This document shows, in pieces, positions 43,851 through 59,784 of a stretch of 64,000 nt of DNA (position 1 is the first letter of the stretch; each line of letters starts with the position of its first letter). The notes below the pieces were generated by a model that worked only from the letters and a program-made list of their open reading frames with translations, made no database searches and was not told the DNA's origin. A program made the position numbers and the translations under genes. The stretch spans positions 310,001 through 374,000 of the forward strand of contig NW_019028981.1 of assembly GCF_002105155.1 (NCBI RefSeq). The letters run 5' to 3'. This DNA is from Lobosporangium transversale (Eukaryota).

Positions 43851-44444
43851 GCTGAATATGTATCCAGATCAATGTGAGTTTGTATAGGTTTTTTTATGTG
43901 CTTGTTTAGGGACAGTGTTTAGATATGGCCACGGGAATAACAGTTTTTTTTAGAGTAAAGAAATGATGGAGAGGATGATGAGCAAAGGTTAGAATTGAGT
44001 GACCCACAAAAAGTGTTGGTGACAGGTTTTCGTATTTTTTTTTTTTTTTTTTTTTTTTTGCAGGAATTAAAACCATTTGGCTCTTTCCCGTCTGAACTCT
44101 TTGTTGTGTGATGCACTGTTCTGGTCTGGTTGGAAACCATGAGTAAACAGCATAAAAATAACGCCCTCCAACCTTTTTGATGTTTTATGCGGCCATGGGA
44201 AGAAGCTGAACGCGTCATGACAATAACCTTACGCGTTGAATCAATCTTAGCAAGGTCTTCACTTGTAAGTAAAAGCTCAACAGGCATTCAAAACGCGTCG
44301 AAATTGTGTTTGTTATAAAATTGACGCGTCATCCAACAACTACACTACTCAGGTTATACCTTGCAATAGTAGCGTTTTGTGATATGAGTGAGTTTTTATT
44401 TATTTTTTTATTCAGTATAATTTACGTGCAATCGAATGCGAAGT

Positions 44445-46035
44445 TTATGGCCTTTGACGGAACTTTTCCACAAACGAGCCAGCCTGTGAGAATACTAAAA
44501 AGGTCACTGCGCTCGCAGGAGCCGCTTTGACAAGCCCTGGAAGCAACCCTTTATATAAGGCTAAATAGCCCTCCGTCCTTGCGATATGTACCATACATTT
44601 CCATACACTTGAAGGGAGTCCATTGCTCGATAATTTTGTTCCTGTGGGTGGTGAGTAATCTTTAGTTATGGACTTTAGTTGTTCAGACCCTTGGATCTGC
44701 AATCGCTTCCTAACCATGTCCAACGGATATACACCCGTCTTAGAGATCACTCCTGAAAGTCCACCACACAATAGATCTTCTAGACCCAAAAGAAATTGCC
44801 CAGCTGGCTTGGAAGGGCCTTTTTGATCAGTCTTAGAGGTACTCTGCTTGGCCCAGACAGCAATGCGTTTGAGTGTATCATAAGATCCAAACATAATGCC
44901 CATGTACGGAATCACTTGAATCAATGCTGGAGACATGCCCCTGTAAAACCCGGGAATACCATCTGCGCGGTAGATGTGTTTACAAGCTTGGATGATCCCT
45001 GTATATACCTATTTTTTGTCAACAAATTAAGGAAAATAAGAAATGAATTTCAAATGTAATAGCTGAAAGAATTAACACAAGGCTACTCGATGGCATTACC
45101 TTGACATCCCGTTGTACAGCAAACCTCGTCCTGAGTAAATCGAAGGGATATGTACATGCTGTAGCTATGATACCTGCATTTGCTCCTGCAATGGATGATT
45201 GTACAGCTGCGGAGCTTGTCAGCTTAGAGACCACACCAAAGGGGGCAGCGATCAATGACCCTGTTGTGGAGCTAGGGGTTGCACTGGCTGCTTGTTGAGT
45301 TGACAACTCTGCTGTTTTATTAAGAATAACTTTGGTTTGCTGGTATACAAGGAACTGGATTCCGCTATATGTGAGATATAAGTACTCAGCGGCCATGTTG
45401 CCCTTCCAGAGTCCCTGTCATGCATATACATCATTGAAATCAAACTGTTAGAACAGATAGTTACACAAAAGACTAGGATGCGGTCCCAGAATCATGATTG
45501 GATAGATTTACTTACTCGAATACCCTCTTCTCGAACGATGAGAGCCATTCCTGTAAACATGCCCCTGTACTTTGGCTGTTGCTGTTTTCCAATGTTTGAT
45601 ATTAAAGCGTCCTCAATCTTTGTGCTCGAAGTCCGCCTTAAAATCGTGGACAGGTCCTTTCTCTGTGTTTGCATCTAATAATTGTCCGTATAAAAGATGA
45701 TAGTAAAAAAAAAGAGAAAAAAATGTTAAAAATTGAAAAGGATACCATCAAGACAATCATCGGTTTTATCAAGAATAGTTTTTTACTTGTAAGCGGATTT
45801 TGACGACATCTAATGGAGCAATGACAAAGCGCGAGACTACGCCTGCGGTAGCCCCACATAGCACAGTCTCGGTTTTTGAAAGGGTCGGTGCACCAGCAGC
45901 AATGCTTGAACGCCTTGTACTAACATCGGATCCACTTTTATTTTGTTGGGGGTTCTTTATCGTCGTTTTGAGATCTCCTAAGTCGTTGCCAGATTCGGCT
46001 GCTTTAATGTGCACAATTGATGTTCGATCAGTCAT
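44445..46035 (-). CDS. TPC1: Mitochondrial carrier, thiamine pyrophosphate carrier-like (SLC25A19)
   Basis: Three carrier signatures APLDVVKIRLQ, YPFDLLRTRFA, YPLDMVRKRLQ; KGNMAAEYLY and IPYMG motifs typical of Tpc1. Confidence 0.85.
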
Positions 46036-47912
46036 TGTGCAACCTTAACATGGACAACAATGTAGACTGGGGTGAGATTCTGGATGAGTCAAAACGCGAG
46101 AACGGAATGAGTTGGGGGAAGTTGTGAGAAAGTCATGTACCAGTTTTTCATTTCTTGAGAAGGAAAGAAAAAAAAAAAAAAGTTTTGGGTGACGGCATTT
46201 TATACAGGCAAGAACCATCAAGAAGTTTCCCCGCCGCAGGATATTGTCAAAGCTATCCTCATCAATTCGGAGAAGTAATTTTACATAATAATTAACTGCC
46301 CTAATATGATAAATGTCTTTATTCAGAGTTGCCATCATGGGAAGGTCACTCGTTCGGCTTAATTGGTTAGCTCCTTTTTAGAAAAAGGGACCAAACCATG
46401 ATCAATGAAAATTGCGTGTAACTTTTTGTTTCTTCAGACTCGAGTGAGAGTGGGGGGCTGTGTTTTAATTGAATTCACTCCACAATGCTTCCACATTAAG
46501 TGTTTCTAAAAATCAGCTCTTTCTTTGAGCCACACTGGCTTACTACGAGGGAAAGATGCTGCTCTGGCCACGATCTAGCGCTATGATCTGACCCAGACGT
46601 AATCCTGTGTCTGTGCTTGTCGCGAGTGGCACTCTTTGTTCCATACATAGATACTGTCTCTTCGCGTATATAAAGCGGTTGTGTTGTGCGCTATGGCGTG
46701 AATTAGTCAAGCCTTAAGTTAATAATGATCGTATTTCTGCTGTATGTTGCCAGAGGATACTTTGGAAGGCGGTTAGAGTGTATGTGAGAGACATGGAGTG
46801 GTTTTATTCTGTAGAGCATTTAATTTGTACCTCGGCTCCTTCCAAGGTATCTTCGGTCTCACTGATCACAGAATGATGGTTACACTATCCTACAACCATA
46901 CCTGCAACGCTAGGCAATTGGGATGTTTAACTCTAACTGAAAGGAATTACAGTGTCTTCTTGATCCTGAACTAGACTTACCGCAGAGAAAGACCGAGATG
47001 GGTATACTATGCTTGAAAGGGAATGATCTTGCTTTTAATAAAACCATAAATATGTCTGTCGATTTGGGCTAAGCACTGAACTGTCATTTTATTTTACTGC
47101 ACAGGATTATCAAACTAATTGGTCTTCTTTCTCCAGAGGGTCTCTCAACTGTGCCTATTTGTCATCATTGCTTTAAACTCTTGACATAGCGCAAAAGTGG
47201 TTTCCACAGTTTTTTATCGCTTTCAAACAATAAGGCCTCAAACACTAGTTTGTTCTGACACCTTTTTTATGTTGAATCCTGACGGAAGTGATCGATCTGC
47301 CGTTCCTTGCCCATCAGTCCATTATAATATTTAGCCATCCACTCTCACTTTATTTCATAATCTACCAGTCATACTATTTATTTTATACTGTTATTTGATA
47401 ACTTAGGTCATTATTGTTACAGCTTCGTCAAAAATGAAATGAAATGGTCTTGTACTCTATTCTCGCCAACCATATCAGACATTTTAGCCTCCGGACTGCT
47501 CTACTACCGAGTACAATTGTGTTCCTGATATAAACTTGATATCGATTCGACGGAAATGAATTTTGACAGATGAAGAGGCCCTCGAATCAAGCGTCTTAGG
47601 ATGAATAGCACCCATGAGTTATCGGAATGCTGTATTAGGTGTAGTTATTCTTTTTGACCGGATTGTGATATTTGGCTTGCAGTAACGAACTTTGTTATGT
47701 CACATCCCAGCGCAAAGTCATCCTGTGCCTTTTCGTTTCGCACGGGAAGAATCCGTCTTGTTGGGTCAGTAATTTATGAATAGTCTCGAGTGTATTGGAG
47801 GCCAATTATTTTGCCCGTCAAAGCGGTGAATTGTCAAAATCAGCCACCAAATCAGCGCCTTGATTAAAATATTTATATGAATTACTGACCAAATGAAGTG
47901 AGAAACCCATGG

Positions 47913-47919
47913 TGACTCA
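47913..47919 (+). promoter_or_regulatory. Gcn4/CpcA (AP-1) site TGACTCA upstream of THR1
   Basis: Perfect TGACTCA ~180 bp before the ATG of an amino-acid biosynthesis gene. Confidence 0.55.
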
Positions 47920-48096
47920 AGATATGACTAGGTTTTGTGGACGCTAGGCGCCTTTATCAGCTTCAATTCTCTTTCGCTCCTTTTCTTTCTTCCCTTTCCA
48001 GCTCCCTCACCCGATCCAGTGGCAACCTTTTCGACCTTAGTTTCAGACTCATTCACTTCTTTGAATCAACATTCATTTCATTCCTGTAATTGAGCC

Positions 48097-49387
48097 ATGG
48101 TTAATCAAAAGAAGTTCAAGATCTCAGTGCCAGCAACGTCAGCTAACATTGGCCCTGGCTTCGATGTCCTTGGCATGGCCTTCTCTTTGTACCTCACCCT
48201 TGACTGTGAACGTCTGCCCGATGGATCTGCCTTGCAGATGTCATATGAGGGTGAGGGTGCCAAGGATGTTCCTTTGGTTGCCGAAAAAAACTTGATTACA
48301 AAGACGGCTCTCTATGTCCTTTCAACTTATGGTATCACATCACTACCCCCTCTCAAGATCCATGTTACCAATCCGATCCCTTTGGGCCGTGGATTAGGTT
48401 CCTCTGGATCGGCCGTCGTTGCTGGTGTAGTGCTAGCCAATGCTGCAGGAAACTTGAATATGACCAAGGATCGTATGCTGGACTATTGTTTGATGGTAGA
48501 ACGTCATCCTGACAATGTGGCACCAGCATTGTTTGGTGGTTTCGTTGCGAGCTTCCTGCGAGAGCTGGGGCCTGAAGAACTGGAGCCTGCCAGCATCCCT
48601 AGATCGGAGCCCACTAGGAATGGAGCAGCACAACCACCGACACCCGTTACAGATATCGGACACTATATTCAACTTGGATGGTCCCAGGAAATTAAAGCCA
48701 TTGCAGTCATCCCCGACTTTGAGGTTGCGACCGAGGACGCTAGAGCTGTCCTACCAGACGTGTATGAGCGTGCAGATGTTGTAAGTTTTCCTATCGATAG
48801 TACCTTCCCAAGATCAAGATTTTATTTTAACTGGCTTGAGTATGTGGTGTTAATTTAAACACAATCTCGATATCCCTACTACTCGATGCTTCTGAAATTT
48901 AGATCTATAACTTGCAGCGCATTGCTGTTTTGACCGCAGCATTATCTCGTACGCCTGTCAACGCTGACTTGATTCATAAGGCAATGGCTGATAAGGTCCA
49001 CCAGCCATACAGGAAGCATTTGGTACTGTATTAATGGAAGCGAAAGGCTATTTATAGCATTGTTGACTACTTTCGGAGCGTGTTATGAGTAGATGGAAAC
49101 AAGGAACTTACTTTTTTCAAAATGGTGGCCATAAAAAAAAAACGTATTAGATTCCTGGAATGTCAGAAATGCTTGAGGAAATCACTCCTAAGACCTATCC
49201 TGGAGTTGCTGGTATTTGCTTGAGCGGTGCAGGCCCGACCATTCTGGTATTAGCTACTGATAACTTTGACAATATTGCTACAGCAGTGCAAGATATCTTC
49301 AAACGCCAGCCTAACGGAGGAATTAAGAGCATTTACAAGGTTCTGGATGTTGTTCATGGTGGCGCCCAAACAGACTATTACGATTAG
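48097..49387 (+). CDS. THR1: Homoserine kinase (3 exons)
   Basis: VPATSANIGPGFD, GHMP motif IPLGRGLGSSG, ERHPDN, DKVHQPYR, LSGAGPT; exons 48097-48780, 48903-49021, 49151-49387. Confidence 0.96.
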
Positions 49388-49509
49388 AGTTTAAACATTA
49401 TGCACGTGACTAGTGACGCCTTTAGAGAAAAAAAAAAAAAAAGAAACTCTTTTGCTTGATCTTGTTCTTTCATCTATACCACTCAACCGTTGTCACTCTT
49501 GTCCCTATA

Positions 49510-50811
49510 ATGGTTCTTGATTTCTTGCTTCCTTCGCCACCAAAGTCTTGGTCGGCTGATAAGACCTCAGTCTTTCACGCCAAGATCACTGCTCCCACAA
49601 AGGCCAGCATTCAGCCTGTGGGTCGCCACTTCCTTGCTCATGCACGCCGCCACATTCACTCACGTACCTTCTCCGAGGATGAAAAGGTCATTTCTGAAGC
49701 CGAGGCGGCTGCAAAGACTGCTGCTGAGAATGAGCAGGACGATGCTGATTTGGGCGATGAGCCTGAGGATCCTGCCATGCTCCGTCGTGATCCTAAAGAC
49801 TGGAAGGATCAAGACCAGTATGCTGTCTTGGGTCTCTCACACTTGCGCTACAAAGCCACTGAGGACCAGATCCGTCGTGCTCACCGCAGGAAGGTTCTTC
49901 GCCACCATCCCGATAAAAAAGCTGCTCATGGCGGTCTTCATGACGATGGTTTCTTCAAATGTATCCAGAAAGCTTTTGAGACACTCATGGACCCTGTGAA
50001 GCGTCGTCAGTGGGACTCTGTTGATCCTAATGTCCCCGATTCTGTACCAAACCCCAAGAGCAAGCTCGATTTCTATAAAGCCTGGGGACCGGTCTTTGAG
50101 CGTGAAGCTCGTTTCTCTAATATCCATCCTGTTCCTATGTTAGGCAATGAGGAATCGACTAAGGAGGAAGTGGAGTCCTTTTATAATTTCTGGTACAAGT
50201 TTGATTCGTGGAGATCCTTTGAGTGGATGGACAAAGAGGATGGCGAGGGTCACGACTCACGTGATGATAAACGCTATTTTGAAAAGAAGAACAAGGCTGA
50301 GCGTGCAAAGTTGAAGAAAGAAGATAATGCTCGTCTGCGTGAGATTGTTGACCAGGCCTTTGCACTTGACCCTCGTATCAAGACCTTTAAGGAGCAGGCA
50401 AGCAAGCAGCGTAATGCTAAGCGTCGCGAGAAGGAGGAGGCAGAGAAGAAGGCTGCTGAGGAGGCTGCTGCTGCTGCTGCTGCTGCTGAGGCTGCCCGTG
50501 TTGCTGCTGAGGAGGCAGAGAAGGCTTCCCGTGAGGATGCCAAGAAAAACAAAGAATTGCTGAAGCGTGCTGTCCGCAAAGAGAAGAAGAACTTGAAGGC
50601 ATTGATCAAGGATAACAACTACTTCCTACCAGCAAGTGAACCAGCCACTCCTGAACAGGTTGAACAGCAATTAGAGAGGTTGGATGCTCTTTTAGACGGA
50701 GCCAAGGGCTTGGATCAGCTTGAGGCAGTTCGCAAGACTTTGGAGGACGGTGTTAAAAATGGTAACATTGTCGAAGTCTTCAAGAATGAGGTTGCCAAGC
50801 GTTCGGCTTAG
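49510..50811 (+). CDS. ZUO1: Zuotin, ribosome-associated J-domain chaperone, intronless
   Basis: IQPVGRHFLAHARR, DWKDQDQYAVLGL, J-domain HHPDKK, FDSWRSFE, DPRIK. Confidence 0.96.
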   Translation: MVLDFLLPSPPKSWSADKTSVFHAKITAPTKASIQPVGRHFLAHARRHIHSRTFSEDEKVISEAEAAAKTAAENEQDDADLGDEPEDPAMLRRDPKDWKDQDQYAVLGLSHLRYKATEDQIRRAHRRKVLRHHPDKKAAHGGLHDDGFFKCIQKAFETLMDPVKRRQWDSVDPNVPDSVPNPKSKLDFYKAWGPVFEREARFSNIHPVPMLGNEESTKEEVESFYNFWYKFDSWRSFEWMDKEDGEGHDSRDDKRYFEKKNKAERAKLKKEDNARLREIVDQAFALDPRIKTFKEQASKQRNAKRREKEEAEKKAAEEAAAAAAAAEAARVAAEEAEKASREDAKKNKELLKRAVRKEKKNLKALIKDNNYFLPASEPATPEQVEQQLERLDALLDGAKGLDQLEAVRKTLEDGVKNGNIVEVFKNEVAKRSA

Positions 50812-51377
50812 AAAAACAAAATAAAATAAATAATTAGCCGTCAATTCATCCTTCACGATCCTCAACTGGAAATAAGCACTCAGTTTGCTCGTAAACTATT
50901 TTTCCGACATCTCTCATTTTGATGCTATTTGTTTGATGATGAAGAGCGGAACGTGCAGCATGATTATCTCGGGCAGAAAATGCAGAAGGAGACACGGGAT
51001 GGCTATTTTGTGTTTACGCCGCCCAGATGTGGGCATGTGCAGTGTTTTGTGTACATCACACTCGTTCTCGGGGTATTTTGCCCCGAGTTGAAAAACCCTT
51101 TCGGTTTCATTCTTTCCAACAGCTCTTCATCTCATCTTCCCTTCTGAATTCTTAACTTTTCCTCTTTTTCACAACTTGATACCTCTATGACAATCTAGAA
51201 TCAGAAGAGGAGCAATTCACACTTACACCTTTATACCAAAACTTAACAATTCATCTTTAATTGTCTATCTTTCACAATTACTCTCGTATACCATCATATA
51301 CCATCAAATACCATCATATACCATCATATAATCTCGTTAGGAGTGTTTATTACTGCTATTACTATTAGTTCGCACTC

Positions 51378-54766
<3,389 letters not shown>

Positions 54767-54794
54767 TAGATCGTCGAAGCAAAACTCGATGCTT

Positions 54795-54826
<32 letters not shown>

Positions 54827-54990
54827 CATCCTATTCTTTTTTTTCATCCTATTCTTTTTTATCACTCTAATAATAATAATGATAACCATGTGTATGCGAA
54901 AATATATATATTTTATTTTTTAATTATGACAAATGGCGAATGTGATCTACGTGAATGAGGAAAAAATTACTACAAAATTGAGATAAGAGT

Positions 54991-56498
54991 TTACAGAGCC
55001 TTCTTGGCCTGCTGTGCCTTAAGCTCGACAGCCTTCTGGGCCTTCTGTCTCTCCTTGTAGGCGAGATACTTCTTGTTAGTACCAAAGATGTGATCCCACC
55101 ACCTGAAACTGGTAGAGAAGTTGTTGGTGAAGGCCATGTGATGATAGTCATGGTGCTCAGCGCCTGACCAACCAGGTAACCAGTTATGAGTAGACCAAGG
55201 AAAGTCATATCCAGAATGAGCCTCCACAGCCTGGAAAAGGCGAAGAGTCATCCAAGTCAAAGTTGTAATCAAGTGCAAATCTCCAGAGAACCAGCACCAC
55301 AAGAGAGGACCACCAATGGTGCCTGTGCCCAAGATCAAGACTTCGATAGGATGAGCGTACTCTGCGGCGAGACCGAAGGGAGCAGACCACTCATGGTGTA
55401 GCTTGTGAATATGCTTATAGAAGGGACCATAGTGAAGGCCGCGGTGCGCCCAGTAATGGAAGAAATCCTCAAAGAGAAAGAAGAGGAAAACCTGAGCAGC
55501 CATCTTTGTGCTATCAGAAAATAAAAATATAAAATAAAAATAAATGATGAGAAGTGTATTCAACTTTTACAATAAGTGCTTGTATAAATAAGGCGAGCAT
55601 TGGTACTTACAGAGGTGGGAAAGGAATAGTAGAAATGGCCATGCCAAAGTAGACAGCAACAGGATGAAATCCAACAATCATTGGCAACTCAAAGATGAAA
55701 TGGGAAAGGAGAACATAGCGGAAGACCTTCCATTGGTTCTCAGCCGTGTTCTGGATAGTCTTTTGCTGGATCTTGTACTTTTGTAAAGCAGGGATCTGAT
55801 CGGCGATCAAGTAGGGGAGACAGCGAGTGAAGTAGATGATCTCATGTGAAATAAAGAGGATGGCAAGGGTGACTAGAGCCTCATTGCGGCCCTCGAAGAG
55901 GGATTGCCATTTGGCTTCCAGATATGTCGGTGTTGTGTACGGAATCGTGGTATTGCTCCTACGTGGTTGTGAGAGAAAGAGAACTACTATTAAAATCAAC
56001 ACTATAATACATGAATGATGAAGTTTTGGTCAATAGCAAATGTATTTCCTCAACGGTTCAACGGTTGATTTGATTTCTCATTTGGTATTTTGCTGTGTAT
56101 CCACTTTGCTATGCGAATAGCTGATTTGTTCATTGTTGTACAGTAAAAAAAATGGCCAGAGCCATGCTGGAATCATCATATTCTACGTTGTTGCACAAAG
56201 ACCACGGCAAAGAAGGCTGCTAGCCTTTTGAAGTTGTCGTTATTCGAAGAGATTATCGTTGAAATACTCTTGATTTCCTTCACTAGTCACCAGCGTCCTG
56301 CTTACAAGTTAAGGAGCGGATCGAAGGGAAAGCATATGAAAATAAAGCATTTGTAACTGACATGTATAACTCAAGATTGTTTAAAACTGGTCCTGATAAG
56401 CAATAATCTGTGAGATCTGAAGATGCCAAAATGGAAAGTACAGACGAAGTATTCAAATCACATATTTTCCTGTTGGTCCTTTTTTTTAATACTTACAT
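54991..56498 (-). CDS. ERG25: C-4 methylsterol oxidase
   Basis: His boxes HYWAH, HKLHH and HDYHH; SAPFGLAAEYAHP; HSGYDFPW. Start codon inferred as AT (56498-56497) + G (55958) across an intron. Confidence 0.93.
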
Positions 56499-57744
56499 GC
56501 TGCCTTGCAAAATTAGGAGGAAGGATGAGAAAGAAGAATGGAAATGAATGAGATGAAGAAAGAGAAAAAAAAAAAAAAAGGAAGAATGCCTATCGTCCCA
56601 TCTCTTTTCAAAGAGCGCTCTCCTTCAAAGTTAAAGCGAGACCCGCACCCGTTCCATCGCTTTGCCTCATTCTGTTCCTCTATCCTTATTAGTATCGCCT
56701 TAGAGCATCCCATAGATAGACTTGGTATAATACCGACATGAGGTGAGGTGCGCTGGTGCTGTTTTCTCGTACAAACAGATATCAGCTCAGGTCGTGCCCG
56801 CCAATCAGATCCCAGGGATCGCTAGGCACAAAAAAAAAAAGACTGTGGCTTGATGCTCCGGATCCATTTTTGGATAAAACAGGAGCAGACGAATTGATCC
56901 ACTTAACACAGCTCGCCTAAGGAAAATTTCGCCAAATACAAATATTTACATATTTTGTTACCATTCTCTAATCAAAGAGCATGGCAGATGGACTGCCATA
57001 GTTAATCCCTCACAGTTTCCGCCATTATCGGCTGATCTTTATCATACAGACAAAATTTCAGTTCCTTATCCTATTGATATCCCGTGATCATAATTTTACT
57101 ATTGTTGAAATCCGCAAACCCATATCAATTTTTATGAGAGCGAGTCTACACCGTAACACATTCGGCTTGCAATTTTTAGAAGCATTGAGTAAAATCAGAC
57201 ACCCATAATCCCTTCTGAAACTCAACTGACGCGTTTAATAAGCATGAGTTTGCAGATCAAGAAAGGTATCTTGTAGTGGTAAAGATTCCAATTTTTTATG
57301 AAGAATCCGATGAGCTATAGTTATTGGGATTTAGGTGATCACTTTGACATAGTACAGCATCATCTTAGTCCCATCTAACCCTGATATATTCTCTGAGTGA
57401 GCGATTAACCTGACCGGATACCCCTTGATGCTAAAACTTGTATATTCTGGTTTTATCCACCTTTCTTACAAAGGAAGGTACATCGGAATGACGTATTTTC
57501 TATTCATTCCATGTAAGAAGCTTCCTCGTGTACCGCCAATGTTTCGTTCGTGGATATCTGACCTATTGAGAGGACATTGTCGGAATAACTGTAACATACA
57601 ATATTTTGCGTCTCCACTTCCATTTCATGCCCGCTTTCTATGAGAGGTTACTGCCATTGCCAAATGCGCTCGCGCCGGCTTTGTGAATCTCCAGTCTCTC
57701 TACGGTAAGGTATAAAAATGGTAAGTGAAAGAAGAATAGTAACC

Positions 57745-59190
57745 TTATCCATATTGGCCACATGTTGCGGTATCAAAGTCTCGATGCTTGATCCTCTTAA
57801 GATAAAACTTCATGTCTTCTAGAGAGATGATGCTCATGGACGGTTGATACCCCTTTGGGATTGATCTCCACCTCAAGCCTTCCGTGTCTCACGGCTGTAA
57901 GGAGGCTGGCGATCAAGGTCCCCGGTCCCTGAGTCATCAACCACCCGTTAATGCCTTTCGAGGCTCAGTGTTGGTGCCTTGTAAGGCTTTTGCTATGCGC
58001 ATGTAACTTCTCGTCTGTCTAAAGCAGAGGTAATACCTCCCTTTCTAGATAATTGATGAATCCTTGCTGCATGGTTAAGATAGGTGTAAGCTTGTAGCCA
58101 TCTCCACATAACTTGTTCAAACGGATAAAGTTAACAATGGCTGGCTTTGTATAGCCGATCTCGTCTGCATGTTGGAGCAGCTCTCTCTTCTCGGCTTTTG
58201 TCGCAAGCTAGCGTAATAAAGTATATTATTGTTTCTTCTTGATACATCATCGAGGGATCAAGGATTTCAACGATCGCCATATAGGGCAACAATAACTGTA
58301 CATTGTCAAGGATGTCAGCGCAACCTTTTATAATAGGCCCTAATATTGGATATCAATTGAGGTGTTGTGGATCCCAACAAGGCTATTCCTGAAGATGTCT
58401 TTGGGTTTTTTGGTATTGTGGAAGGACATTTGCGCAGAAGCTCGTGAACGAGGCGTCCATTTTCTGCATTTTCCTGTATGGATATCTCGCATGAGAAAGG
58501 GCGAGAATAAGGCTTGATCCGCCTCCTCCTTGGGATACTCATAGTGCTCTTCCTCTTCAGACTGGGTGCCTATCTTTTTGATGGGTGAGCAGATCATGTC
58601 AGCATCTGGTGCTCGGTCCTAGACAGCTTTCATGTTTCAACTGTTTCTTCATGTGCTGAATAGCTGCGCCCAGAACAAGCCACGACCTCTATTATCTTTC
58701 GGCTAATAATGAAGCCTCCTTCAATTTCCTGGTAACTCCTTGGCAATCGCGACGTTGCCTTTAGCAGCTCTCATTGCGTTTACTCTTATAGTACCAGCCG
58801 CAAGCGTCACTGTTGGGTATTGTTTGTCTATGACATTGGTAAGCTGTGTCGACACGTCATCAGGACGGCTCTCTTTGTTTGCTTATTCCGGCTTTTGTCT
58901 CTTTGACGGTAGCTGGACAGCCTGTTCGCTGGGAGCCTGGGTCTTTGCGTGGGCGCTTTCCATTAGCGCATCTTCACTGCTTTAGGTAAGGGATGCTGCG
59001 TCCGTTGTGATCGGACCTTACACTTGCATCTTGGCTTTGGCGTGGCCATCATCTGATTGCTATGTTGACCGGGCAGCCCAAACACGGTCTGGTAAGAGCT
59101 ATACTTCTTGGAGCTGTGTAGCAACGCAGGCTTCCTGTCTGCTAACTTGTTACCGTACTTGGAATGAATGGCCATTAGCTAACAGTATGC
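57745..59190 (-). pseudogene. Decayed, truncated relic of a probable multicopy transposon-associated protein
   Basis: Protein-like blocks interrupted by stops and frameshifts: KQYPTVTLAAGTIRVNA, AIVNFIRLNKLCGDGYKLTPILTMQQGFINYLERE, WLMTQGPGTLIASLL, SLEDMKFYLKRIKHRDFD. Confidence 0.6.
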
Positions 59191-59510
59191 AATGACTACC
59201 CACAATACTTAAAATGCCGATATTTACCTTGCTGCCTGTTGAAGTTCCTGTCGCGACTGGATTATTTTACACTGCCGCTCACACAGTCATTGATATTAGG
59301 AGTTGTGCGATGTGTAAATCAAGATGGGTTCCTGGATCGAGTGACAATCCTCTAGAAGAGATTGAGCTCGGCAGGCACGTGCTCTGAACCCTCAAAAACC
59401 CTTTGTGCTTGGTTCCATCGTCTGACCTTTGTTTTTGGAGCTGTTCCCGAAATGCTGCTTATAACGTATTAGGATGGCCTAAAGGATTTTTTCAAATGGT
59501 CGAACATGCA

Positions 59511-59517
59511 TCACGTG
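59511..59517 (+). promoter_or_regulatory. Cbf1-type E-box TCACGTG upstream of MTHFR
   Basis: Exact TCACGTG ~270 bp before the ATG; this motif marks MET-regulon promoters in yeasts. Confidence 0.45.
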
Positions 59518-59784
59518 CAACATAAACCGTTTTGCATTTTGCGCTCTTAAAAAAAGAAAGGCTCCGTTTTCTGTTCCTGTTTCCTTGCACCCTTCTTTCC
59601 AATTCTCAACTAGGTCGAGCTAAAAGACAAAGTAGCCCGTCTCTTTGGAACTCTCATCCTCACTCTGACCTTCACCTTCATTTCAATTCATTCATTTCTC
59701 TTTCTTTTCCTCATTCCATTATTTTCCTCATATTTTCTATTACCCTGTCCTGTCCATCTTTCGTATCATCGCACCAGTATAACC

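Noticed and set aside
46036..48096. TPP riboswitch near the thiamine pyrophosphate carrier
   Set aside because: No CTGAGA plus GATCxxGxTAATxCxxGCG-type aptamer core found on either strand.
56070..56180. Box C motif (ATGATGA) in the long ERG25 intron
   Set aside because: No matching box D (CTGA) at a suitable distance downstream.
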